A stretch of DNA of 64,000 nt from a virus: IMG/VR virus record IMGVR_UViG_3300045988_020586; one strand, written 5' to 3'. The translations under genes and the position numbers were made by a program. Position 1 is the stretch's first letter, and every line of letters starts with the position of its first letter. Under the pieces are notes generated by a model. It was not told the DNA's origin. It saw only the letters and a program-made list of their open reading frames with translations, and did no database searches. Positions 15,901 to 26,583 of this stretch are shown one piece after another.

Positions 15901-17024
15901 GTTCTGAAGGTATTTCTATATTCGACGAAAACAAATTACCTAGTACATTTAAGGCGGATAAACTTTTAGATTACGCTGAACAATATGCGAAGGATCTTAC
16001 AGAGTCTTTGTCTAAAGATTAGAAGAATAGAAAATCTAAGCCAAAAGACGAATCTAAACAAGTTGTTATGTACAGATTTTCTTCAACAATAAATCCTATG
16101 AAGATAAACGGTTCGTATTACGAAGTTAACCCTAACGATAATAAGCTTAATAACAAGGTTACAAACGAAGATGGTTCTGTAGAATTTGTATCAGCTATTA
16201 ATCCTATTAATAAGATTGAGCAGGACATAAAAAGTTCTGGAGTTGATATAAATATCAACAATGCTAATTTACAGCAGATTGTTGAATAGATACAATCAAG
16301 ACAGAGTATCGGAATATATAGTTTTATACATTTCAATGGAGATATATCCAAGTTTGAACCATCTAAAAAGCAGGTAAGCGATTATATCACATAGAAAGAA
16401 AGTGAATATGAAGACACCCTCGCTTCAGATTTAACTAAAGCTCAACGCAGATAGTTTATAGCAGAATACTCTAAGAAACTCAAAGATGAAGCTCCAGGCG
16501 TATTGTTGCAGAAGAATGTAAACGACAAGGTTGATTCTATTGTAAAGGATTTAATTTCATCAAATGTAACAAACTTTACAATATTATCTACCGGTGATGG
16601 TGTTATAGAGCAAGCTGGAGCACATTCAGCTATGCTTAATCAGTCTAATATAACATCTACACTTGGACCTTGTAGGGTATATATTCTCGGCAAAACTATG
16701 AGTAATCCGGAGTCTTTGGAAGCTGAAAAGTAGAAATATATACTTGATGATGTTGATGTTAAAACTGATGAACAAAAAAGTACCGAAGATGATATAAATA
16801 TGTTGTAGGATGCAGCTGACAACGCTGTTACAAATATCGAAGATATTTAGAACGCACAGTCTGCAGATGATCTGTTATCATAGATAAAGGATTAGGATAA
16901 ACAAGAGTCTGCTCCTAGTGTTGATAATCCTAACGAAACTGCTGGTAGTTTAGATGATTTATTGTCCTAGATTGGTGCTTTGTCAGAAGAGTCTAAAGAA
17001 ACAAATGATAATAAAAACTGTTAA
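903..17024 (+). CDS. Giant (5,373-codon) virion protein with a crAss-type two-barrel RNA polymerase domain; TAG read as sense
   Basis: ATG 903 to TAA 17022-17024. All 17 track ORFs from 1035 to 16503 lie in this one frame. Every codon read by eye: TAG is the only stop triplet in frame (25 in the first ~1000 codons). DFDVD at 13287-13301, flanked by ..IPTQGMSSMFAMTVADVLP.. and ..SAMVNAHVDVAKDPYIF.. Confidence 0.8.
13287..13301 (+). other. DFDVD (DFDxD) putative catalytic metal-binding motif of the virion RNA polymerase domain
   Basis: Codons gac ttc gat gtc gat, about residue 4129 of the giant ORF. DFDxD is the signature reported for crAss-like virion RNAPs such as Cellulophaga phage phi14:2 gp66. 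Confidence 0.6.
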
Positions 17025-17026
17025 TT

Positions 17027-20000
17027 ATGTTTTGTCCTTATTATAAAAATAAAGATGTTTTTGATGGCTTTAACAGTATAATATAGGCACTTGGTGGTAA
17101 ACCAATGACAGAAGAGGAATTTAGGTCCGCAGAGCTGAGAAATCAGCGACGCGGGCTTGATTACTCTGCTATGGAAGCAGCCTATAAAGCCTATCATGCT
17201 AATAATGGTAATCTTATGGATTTAGCTCCAAATGGCTAGCCATCATTAGTATTTCAACAGCTATTGTAGATATACAATGGAGATATAAATAAAGCCATAA
17301 AAGCTAAAACTAATTTATATTCAAAGACGTTTAGAAAGCACTTTGGAGATTGGCTTAGCGATAGTATCAGTAAGGATAAAGTTGATATTAACGGAGAGCC
17401 TATACTTCCTTTTGGGGAGTCATTAGAAAAAGCAAAAGCTTCTGCTTCACTTAGGTCAAAGATTGGTATACAAAACAAATTTAAGAGAGCTAATGTATAT
17501 TCTACTTTTGGAGAATCTATATCAAGTGCTTTATAGAGTGGTAAAGAATAGTCTAGTAAAGATATTGTTTCCAGATTCTCATAGTTGAGATTATTCTCTC
17601 CGTAGAACGAAAAGCTTGCAGAAGTTTTATAGCGTCATGAAATACCTACTGTTTTCAAAAATCATGAAGATGGTAGCCTAATGAAGGCTTATACAATAAA
17701 TGGTAAAAGCGCAATATCTATTGATCCATAGTTAGCTAACAATGTATCTAACCAGTATTTGGCTGATACATATCTACATGAGATAATACATACTATAACA
17801 ACAGATCCTATAAATGACGCAAAAACTAAGGAAGATATTAAATTCAGAGACTAGAATAGGAAAGTATTTAATATATTTAGTAAGTTGTTTCCTAAGGAAT
17901 TATTTAGCAGAATGGATATGTCTGGCCTTTACTATTGTCTTGAAAACGAAAAAGAGTTTGCTTCTGAATTCGCTACAAGACAAGATGTAAGAAGCATGCT
18001 GTACCAGAGAGCTATTCTTGAAGATAAAAAGAATAACAAGGCTCCAATTCTTGCGTTAAAAAACCTTGTAAATAGCCTATCTAGATTATTAGCAAACAGT
18101 AATGTATTTAACACAAATAAAGACCAATTAAAGCTGTATTAGAATACTGCAGCGTCTTATCTATTTAATAGGCCTATTCTTAAATTTGAAGGCTTGTAGG
18201 CGTCTAAAATAATCCAGGAAGTATATAAATCTTTAGATAATTCTGTTCTATCAAACGACCAGATATAGTAGACTAGAGAAGATTTGATCAGATCAACTAA
18301 TTATGCAGAAGTTAATAATTCTATGCGAGTTGATAGAATTAATTATAACGATCTTGGACTTAATACACGAGACTCTGAAGAGATAGCTTAGAAGAGGATA
18401 GAAGAAATGTGTAGCAACATAGCCACTGCCTTATCAAAGAGACAGGCTGCTATTAAAGTATCTTAGCTTCCAGAAGAGTATAAGAGTGAGAATATAGAAA
18501 TACTTAGGTCTCAAGTTTAGTCTTTTAAAGACCGACTTGGAGGAACGTTTTATTCAATAGCTAGTCTTGTACAATAGATTGCACCATAGCTTCTTGTTGA
18601 TTCAAAAAAGATACACAAGATAAGACAAGATAATATGACTATAAGCGATGCTGAGTACATGTTCTTGACACACGATAACTTTGGTACATATTAGAAGATT
18701 TTGTCAGAGATTAATAGCGCTCTTAATTCTCCTACTGTAATAGATTTACTCATAAAAGAACTTGAAGATAAACCGCAACAGGATAGAGCCACTTCTAACG
18801 ATATACAAAGAATAATCTAGATTGTACAAAGTTCAGAAGCTGTAGCAGCAGATGCCACATCTCTTATGTCGGAGATTCTTGTCAATAACATGAAGAAAAG
18901 ATTTGCATAGATAGGTAATGATGTCCATTCTCCTACAATAGCAGATTATATTAATCACCTTAAGACTATAGGATATGATACAAGCTGGTTCTACACTACT
19001 GTAGGTTCTATGGATTCTGCAAAAGACGAAGCTTTAAGAGCAATGGCTTATCTTATAGATAAGGCTACTCATAAAGCTGATAGAGACACTCATGATAGAA
19101 TAGTAGAACTTATGTAGCTTAAAGAATAGCTCAAGTTTGGCGAAAGTGTTCTTGATCTTTATGAGGTTGATGATAATGGGTTTACTACAGGTTACTTAGT
19201 AAGAGCCTTGAATTATGGTAAATTTTTCAGAAAGAGATAGGAGTTTATGGAAAAGCTTAATCTCAAATACGGATTGGATCCATCTAATAGAGAGTAGCCA
19301 AAAGGCGATGATGGTGTAAAATGGAGTAAAGAAGTAAATGACTGGTTAAGCAAAAACTGCCATAGGAAATACAAGAAAGAATACTATGAAGCATTTGCTA
19401 ACCTTTCTGCCGATACTATGAGAGCACGCGATTCTATCTAGATATAGATTAAAGCTATAAAGTCAAGATGTAAAGATGAGTTTGGAAACTATCATTTTGA
19501 TAGACTTACAGATTCTGAATGGAATACACTTAGAGGATTATATATACAAAAGAAATAGTTGGCTTCAGACTATGATGTAAATGGAGATCTTAAGATAGAA
19601 GGTACTCCAGAATATCGTATGGCTAAAGAGCTTTAGAAACTGAACGAGACTCTCTTTAATTCTTCCGATAAAGTTAAAAAGGATACAAAGAGATGGTAGG
19701 CTGACAGAGATAAGATTATCTAGGAATGTGGTGGTCTTGAAGAAATGGCTAAAGGAGAAGATGGTAATTTCGATTTCGATAAGCTTAGAAAATGGGACTC
19801 AAGAAATAGTAAAACTAGACTTAAGGTAAATGAAGAGACAGGTAAAGCATTGCTCTGGGAAACTATTGACAATGAAGTAGAAAAGCCTGTATATGCAATA
19901 ATTGTAGACGAAGTTAGCGACCATGGAGCTAGATATGAAGAATTGTAGCAACAGAAGTATAATATACTGTCTACATACAGAGATTACAATACCGGTGATA

Positions 20001-22864
20001 TAAATCCTTCTAAATTATAGAAGTCTATACAGAATAAAATACAAGAAATAGACAAAGAGTTAGCTAAGATTAGAAAGCAAGCTGTAAGAGAGGATAAAGA
20101 TTTAAAAAAGCTTGCTAAAAATCGTGCAAAAATTTTTAGAAAATACGCTAAATCTTCATTGACTGATGTGTATAAAGAAATGCGTAGATTGGCAGTTCTT
20201 AGAGACAAGGATGAGCCAGGCTATCTTGATACATTCGAAAGAAATACAGGTAGACTCGTAGAGGACGTAGAAGGAGAAATATCATGGTAGGCTAAACCTT
20301 GGTTTAGAAAAGTAGTCGCAAAGCAGGCTTACTACGACAGATTTATGGAAGTATTGCCAGGAGATGGTTATCTTAACTCTGATGAGAACAATGATTTGCT
20401 CGATAAGGATTTCGACGAGAGTTACGGATAGGCATTTGTGCCAAAGAAGGAATTATACGACAATTCTAATTAGTATAACAAGATTGTTAAATCGAAAACC
20501 CTTAAAGCTCTTTATGATAAGACATATCAAACAATTAAAGAGTCTAACGAATTGTAGACAAATAGAAACTATGTAGACAATTATCTTCTTCCATAGATAA
20601 CTGGCTCATTCTTTAAATACCTTAAAAAGCATAGCGGCAAATGGAGAATGGCTTGGGACTTTATCAAAACTGGAAATGTAGACCCATCTTCTTCTGGAGG
20701 TGCTCTTAGAGAATATTTCAAAGATACTGTTGGTATTGGAGAGAAAGGATGGGAGCAAGATGGCACATACGGATAGTTTATTGATTAGGCGTTGTCTGAC
20801 TAGGATTAGTTTGGGGATATCATCAACTCAAAAGATCCTACGTTCGGTAGCGAAATAAGTGGAGAGCGTCCAGATGGTAGACAGCTTAATATGATACCAC
20901 AGTACTATACCAGAAGACTTAAGGATACATCATAGCTTTCGTCTGATTTAATAGGTATACTTGGAGAGTACTACAACTAGTCTTAGAAATATAAGAACAA
21001 GAAGTAGATAGAAGCTACGTGCGAATCTATGGTTGATATGATTGAGAATAGAAATCATGAAAAGGTATCAATTACTGGTAGCATAGGTAATCTTAAGAGA
21101 ACTACTAGAAATGTTACTGGAAAGTCTTCTAATACATATAAGGCTGCTAGAAAATTCTTGGATATGAACCTATATAACATACGTTCTTCAAGAATGTAGG
21201 TAAACATATTCGGCAGATAGGTTAATATGGGCAAGATAGCTCAGTTATTTAGGGCTGCTACAACACTCGTAAACCTTGGCTGTAATATAGCTGTAGCCGG
21301 AACTGGTTTTACTACTGCTATATGGGCACATGTTGTAAATTCTATAGTTGGATAGAAATATAGTTTTTCAGATGCCTGCGCTGCCACTAGATTCGTCTTA
21401 CATCATTTGGTTGAAAATGGCATGGGCGCCAAATATATAGAAGATCGCAATTCTAAAGACCTATTGATGCTTATAATGGAGCATTTTAATATAGCAAGTC
21501 AGCTTGAGAGAAAAATGAAGGATTCGAATAGAAATAAGTTCATAAATGCCATAACTCATAACTGGGCATTCGGCGGTCTTACTATGTTTGACTTTTGTGC
21601 TAAGGCTCCTATAGCTATTTCTACTATAATGTCTTACAGATATTACAATGGAGAATTTACAACCAAGGATGACGTTATAATGAATAATATCCTTAATCCA
21701 GAAGAAGCTAAAAAGCGGATTAAAGAATGGAAAAAAGGAAAGAGTTTGCTGTCTATTATGAAAGAATAGAATGGTAAGCTTACTGTAGATAAACAGTATT
21801 ACAAATAGTATAAACAGATAGAAGACGTACTCCATTCTAGAATTGAGAGATATGCAGAAAATGCAGATGGTATGGCTACCGAATCACAAAAAGCTGCTAT
21901 TACAACAAATGCATTAGGTGCCGCAGTTTTAGTTCATAGGCAATATTTCCCTCTTATGCTTCAAGAGAGATTCGGCGATACTGTATGGGATAATTCTACT
22001 TAGCAATTTAAAGGCGGTTCATTTAGGTCTGGATTACAATTACTCAATGTGCTGTCTAAAGGATATTCTGATGAAGTAAACCTATAGAACTTTTAGGTGA
22101 ACAGAAAGAAGTCAGTCTTAACCGGTCTTGCAACAGGTGCAGCATTAGGCTCGTTTTTACCTATTGTAGGCCCTATGGCTGGTGTTGCTATAGGTTCTGC
22201 AATTGGCGCATTATTGGGCGCTAGAGCGAAAAATTCTAGGTCTTTACAGAGATATTTGTACGACAATTCATCAGAAAATTAGGCTAGATTGTGCAGATTT
22301 AGACGTCAGCAATTAAAACGTCTTGCGACTGAAATCGCTTTATACAAACTAGTTGTTTGCCCTGCTGTTGCCTTAATATGTGCATATGCCGACTCTGATG
22401 ATGATAATAAATTAATGTAGCTACTTGCATATATTGCTGTACGTACAAAATGGGAGGTATTCACTCCTTATCGTTTTGATGATGCATTAAATAACTTTAA
22501 ATCTGTATCAGCGTAGACTGGTACTTTGGATGCTTTTTAGAGCGTTGCTAAATCCGTTCCGGAATACGCATTATATTCCATCATGCCTCGAGGATCGCTA
22601 TTGGATACTTTCCTAGGTGGCTCCTTTAACGATTATGATTCAAGTATATAGCGAGGTATTTACTCTGATTACAATATTCCATTTACAGATACTGAATGGA
22701 ATAAAGCTTCAAGAGATATATTCAAAGCAACACCATTTCATCATGCTTATGAACAAATTCTTGACTCAAAGAGTAAAAGAAGCTATTACGAAAATCAAAT
22801 CATTCAAAATAAATCTTCAGATGACCCATTATATAATTGGGCTTTGGATAAGTTTAGTAAATAA
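17027..22864 (+). CDS. 1,945-codon virion/ejection protein with HExxH zincin motif and C-terminal Gly/Ala-rich hydrophobic segment; TAG read as sense
   Basis: ATG 17027 lies 2 nt after the previous stop; tandem TAA TAA at 22862-22867. Track ORFs 17885, 19745, 21407 and 22097 share this frame. Read by eye, only TAG interrupts it. HEIIH at 17777-17791; ..LTGLATGAALGSFLPIVGPMAGVAIGSAIGALLGA.. at 22097-22240. Confidence 0.75.
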
Positions 22865-22871
22865 TAAAAAG

Positions 22872-22910
22872 ACCCCGACTGCTCTCACGAGTGGCCGGGG
22901 TTTATTTATT
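22872..22910. terminator. Bidirectional intrinsic terminator at the convergence of the + and - modules
   Basis: Hairpin 22872-22901 (ACCCCGACTGCTC / GAGTGGCCGGGGT, loop TCAC), preceded by an A-run and followed by TTTATTTATT. Confidence 0.6.
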
Positions 22911-22912
22911 CA

Positions 22913-23302
22913 CTAATTCAAAACTTCTTGGGAATAATATCCCCAATATATTGCGTTATCAACTACATTCTGCTTTGTTAGGATATCAAATCCACCTTGT
23001 TCTATACAAGATACTTCAGCTTTCTTTGCTTTCGGTATTTCGTACAAGACTTCAAGAAGAACTTTGCTATTAGATTCTACATCGATCTTAGAGTCAAAGT
23101 AATATTCACTCTCAGATTGTTTATATATCCAATAACGCTGTGCAACAGAAATAGGATTATAAAGAAGTCGCATATACTTCTTTTCTCCTACTGTAACTAT
23201 TTCTGAAGAATAAAGAGCATTTGTAGTTAGTAATTCCCTATTTGTTATTATATAGGGAACTACAAATATAGAGTTATTTTTAAATTTCTCTTTATTAAAC
23301 AT
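22913..23302 (-). CDS. hypothetical protein (129 aa)
   Basis: Track ORF, ATG start checked. Ends TAG 22913-22915, immediately followed by in-frame TGA 22910-22912. Confidence 0.6.
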   Translation of the reverse strand: MFNKEKFKNNSIFVVPYIITNRELLTTNALYSSEIVTVGEKKYMRLLYNPISVAQRYWIYKQSESEYYFDSKIDVESNSKVLLEVLYEIPKAKKAEVSCIEQGGFDILTKQNVVDNAIYWGYYSQEVLN

Positions 23303-23441
23303 CCAAAATTGCTGCTTCTAATTCTTCACCTGTAGCACAATTCTTAAAATCGTCTACATTAAATGTATTTTCAAGATCCATAACATTGAACGTATTTTCC
23401 AACATTTCAATATTCAAAGTTTCATTTTCCATTTTACTCAT
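23295..23441 (-). CDS. small acidic hypothetical protein (48 aa)
   Basis: ATG overlaps the upstream TGA (ATGA) and the TAA overlaps the downstream ATG. Fills the gap between two track ORFs. Below the track length cutoff. Confidence 0.4.
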   Translation of the reverse strand: MSKMENETLNIEMLENTFNVMDLENTFNVDDFKNCATGEELEAAILDV

Positions 23442-24478
23442 AGGTTTAAGGTTTCACTACCGTCTCCAGTGTAATAATCATAACTGTGGTCCCAGCTATT
23501 TGTTCTCAAGTGCCATAAATAAACGATCATAAAATCATGTATTGCCACATCTCTAGAAGTAACTTGAAATGCAGACAATTTGAATACCCTTATTTCATTG
23601 CTACCTGTTGTATCTATAGCTATGATATAGAATTCAAATCCCCACTTATCGATTTCATTATTGCTTAATTTTAGTACATTAGCCAGATACCAATATACTG
23701 CTTTCTGATAAAAACACAATTGTCTACAGTAATCAAATTCTTTCATACTGTCTTCAAAGTGCCATAACTTAGCTGTAGTTTTGATATCCATAATTGTACA
23801 CGTTCTTGTGTCGAAGTTAAATGTACAGCTATCAAGCAATGATTTACATGCAACAGTAGTATATGCTCCATGATTCAGTTCATCTATAATCCAGTAATCC
23901 CAGTTTATCTGGAACTCGTGGTATACGTGAACATTTTTATAATCGCCAGCCTTTTGTACTAATTGTTTTGCTAGTTTATGTTCTCCAACATTATGCTGAA
24001 TCTTCATAAGCTGGTCTAAGTCATACTGAGATATAAGTATTTTCTTAGACTTAATAGCTTCGATATAATCCTTATACTCTACGCTTATTTTAAGCGCTTC
24101 TGAGAGGATTTTATCTTCACTCTTGCCAACTATACTATAAGACTTGCGATAGGCCTCTGAGAGCTGTTTATTTAGCTCTATTTCAACGGTATTTATTAAG
24201 TTTTCGCAGAACTTTTGTGCCTGTGCACTTTTAGGCTTGTCGCCATCGAACAGAACGTAATCATTCCAGAATTGATCTGGTTGAAGTAGGAACTCATGTA
24301 TCATGGTTCCTTTACGTAACTGTGGCAAATCTAAGCCTTTCTCTTTACCATCCAGCATATTACGAAAATAGGCTGGCCCTTTATTTAAGAACCAGCCTAT
24401 CGCGCTATTACTAATACGCGATCCGTCTTCGTAGTATGGAATGTCGTATTCTGGTATTTTGTACTCTGGTGTAATCAT
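23438..24478 (-). CDS. PD-(D/E)XK family nuclease (RecB/Cas4-like exonuclease)
   Basis: ..IMDIKTT.. (D-x-K) and ..YCRQLCFYQ.. (QxxxY) motifs. Start set at the ATG forming TAATG with the upstream stop; the track start 24499 is a TTG. Confidence 0.65.
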   Translation of the reverse strand: MITPEYKIPEYDIPYYEDGSRISNSAIGWFLNKGPAYFRNMLDGKEKGLDLPQLRKGTMIHEFLLQPDQFWNDYVLFDGDKPKSAQAQKFCENLINTVEIELNKQLSEAYRKSYSIVGKSEDKILSEALKISVEYKDYIEAIKSKKILISQYDLDQLMKIQHNVGEHKLAKQLVQKAGDYKNVHVYHEFQINWDYWIIDELNHGAYTTVACKSLLDSCTFNFDTRTCTIMDIKTTAKLWHFEDSMKEFDYCRQLCFYQKAVYWYLANVLKLSNNEIDKWGFEFYIIAIDTTGSNEIRVFKLSAFQVTSRDVAIHDFMIVYLWHLRTNSWDHSYDYYTGDGSETLNL

Positions 24479-25410
24479 TAGCATCCTGCACAACAACAAT
24501 CACAACAACAATCATCTGAAGCTGCTTTCTTCTTAATATTCTTCAGACAATTAGCTTTACAAGAACGAGAATGAGGCTTTATAGTACCTTTTGAAGAAAG
24601 GTTCATATCCTCAAACAACTCCTCGAATGTTGTAGTAGGATAATTGTTGGCCTCCTTTACGAAAGACACAATGTTATCAAAACTACATACCTCGAAGTTA
24701 TCCTTAATGAAGTCTGTCAAAGACTTGACTTCTTTCTTGTCGTTAAGCTTGTCGTTCAACACCTCCATAATAAGAGATGGAGACATTTCTTCAAACTCGC
24801 GCCAATAGCGAATACGAGAACAACGGTCTATCAGATACTCTGATATCTCGCTATCGTCATTACAAGTAAACAAGATCATATGCTTACCTTTAGTATCAGA
24901 ACCATCCAATACCTGTAACAAGAAAGAATCATCATAACCCTCAAGAACTTTATCAAGCTCGTCGAACAAGAAACAAACACTTGTATCACCTAACTTTTCT
25001 ACAATATTTCGAAGGATATGTGGACGTATATTTTTGTCTATATTTATAATTGGAAGACCACTCTTGTTGGCAATCATCTTAGCCATTACAGTCTTACCTG
25101 ATCCTTTCAATCCTGCGAGCATTACACCAGTAAATCCGTTCTCAGACAGATTATAACTATTAATAACCTTGTCCATGAAGCGTTCGTCACGTGGTGTACA
25201 ATATACCTTAGAAGGTAAAGATAAATCACCGGATTCTTGAAGTGATATGGCATCTGTGTAGCGGTCTACAATAATATTGTAAACTGTTCCTGGAACCAAA
25301 TCATACTCAAGACCATCTGTGTTAAACTTAAAGTTTATACTGTTACCTACTTTCAAAAATTTCTTTTCCATATTTACTGATATTATAATACTCAAATATT
25401 GGTTATTCAT
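24478..25410 (-). CDS. AAA+/P-loop ATPase with C-terminal poly-Cys tail
   Basis: Walker A GLKGSGKT and Walker B CFLFDELD. Ends ..SDDCCCDCCCAGC. An alternative start is ATG 25371 (MEKKFLKV). Confidence 0.7.
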   Translation of the reverse strand: MNNQYLSIIISVNMEKKFLKVGNSINFKFNTDGLEYDLVPGTVYNIIVDRYTDAISLQESGDLSLPSKVYCTPRDERFMDKVINSYNLSENGFTGVMLAGLKGSGKTVMAKMIANKSGLPIINIDKNIRPHILRNIVEKLGDTSVCFLFDELDKVLEGYDDSFLLQVLDGSDTKGKHMILFTCNDDSEISEYLIDRCSRIRYWREFEEMSPSLIMEVLNDKLNDKKEVKSLTDFIKDNFEVCSFDNIVSFVKEANNYPTTTFEELFEDMNLSSKGTIKPHSRSCKANCLKNIKKKAASDDCCCDCCCAGC

Positions 25411-25891
25411 CTAATTTAATAGATGGATATTTTTTAACAAAATCAAGTTTTGCTTTTTTTAGTTTATTTTCTAGCTCTTTGATTCTGTCTAATTCGTACT
25501 CATATGTATGAACATAATGTTTTCGTTTTAAATGTACATCTTTATATGTATTGTTATATAATGATGTACACCATTCTAGATTATCAACACAATTATTGTG
25601 TTTATTCTCATCTTTATGGTTTAAAACTGGTTTATTTTCAGGATTAGGTATAAAAGCGTTTGCAACTAATCTGTGAACGGTAAATGTTCTACCTCTATCT
25701 AAGTTAGATAAAGACACATATAAATATCCATTCGTTTTGTTTTCTACGCATGTCATCATATGTTCTTTTACAGTTCTATATTTCCCTTTATATCTACCGG
25801 GACATTTATGTTCCAGACACTTTACTCTACCAAGATTACTGACTTGGTATAATCCTTCAAAATTTTTTATATCTTTCCAAACTTCATTCAT
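25403..25891 (-). CDS. HNH homing endonuclease with NUMOD4-like N-terminus
   Basis: ..WKDIKNFEGLYQVSNLGRVK.. and ..VHRLVANAFIPNPENKPVLNHKDENKHNNCVDNLEW.. Confidence 0.8.
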   Translation of the reverse strand: MNEVWKDIKNFEGLYQVSNLGRVKCLEHKCPGRYKGKYRTVKEHMMTCVENKTNGYLYVSLSNLDRGRTFTVHRLVANAFIPNPENKPVLNHKDENKHNNCVDNLEWCTSLYNNTYKDVHLKRKHYVHTYEYELDRIKELENKLKKAKLDFVKKYPSIKLDE

Positions 25892-26288
25892 AATTTTGTG
25901 ATTTTATCTTTTCAACCAACTCATCTACTTGCTTGTGATTTCTCACAATATAATAACGCATTTTACTGTTATGCCGTTTCAAGTAATGCTTAAAAAGTTT
26001 CCATCTTAATGGAAAAGAATCACCCATTAACCCCTTGCATTCTATTACAAAGGATCGTTTTTTATATTTACCAATAAAATCTGGAAGATAAGTTATTGCT
26101 CTTACATGTTCGCCGAATATCTCGAACTTATCCAGTAATACGAAATGCTTTGGCTCATATTTAACTGGTATTCCAGCTTTCATAAAAGCTTCATAAGTAT
26201 AGCATTCGAGTTTGCTCCTAAAATGGAGGCCATACTTATCGACCTTAGTCGCATTCCGCACCCTGCCTTTAGATTTCTTGCCTATCAT
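25884..26288 (-). CDS. T7 endonuclease I-like Holliday junction resolvase
   Basis: ..FRSKLECYTYEAFMKAGIPVKYE..ITYLPDFIG..FVIECKG.. follows the T7 gp3 pattern FRSGLE..YE..YTPDF..ETKG. Confidence 0.65.
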   Translation of the reverse strand: MIGKKSKGRVRNATKVDKYGLHFRSKLECYTYEAFMKAGIPVKYEPKHFVLLDKFEIFGEHVRAITYLPDFIGKYKKRSFVIECKGLMGDSFPLRWKLFKHYLKRHNSKMRYYIVRNHKQVDELVEKIKSQNYE

Positions 26289-26583
26289 AATAAAAATTCT
26301 TTCCCCTTATCTTGGATACAGAAGTCTTATTAAAATAGACAATTTCGCCGTCAGTTACTTTTTGTTCACCTACGTGATGGACACACGCACATATACACCC
26401 ATCATCACTATAACTATCCCAGATAGTCATCTGCAATTTATTTGGAAGATAAATGCGCATAAAACCACCTTTACTAAGGTGAATTTTCTTAGTCAGCTTC
26501 TTTGTAAGCCATTTATGCAATAGAGGAGACATTACTGCACCTCCCAGCACACCAAGCAGGCATCCTATTACTACATCAATCAT
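26269..26583 (-). CDS. hypothetical membrane-anchored protein (104 aa)
   Basis: Track ORF with ATG start and an N-terminal hydrophobic segment VVIGCLLGVLGGAVM. Confidence 0.5.
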   Translation of the reverse strand: MIDVVIGCLLGVLGGAVMSPLLHKWLTKKLTKKIHLSKGGFMRIYLPNKLQMTIWDSYSDDGCICACVHHVGEQKVTDGEIVYFNKTSVSKIRGKNFYYDRQEI

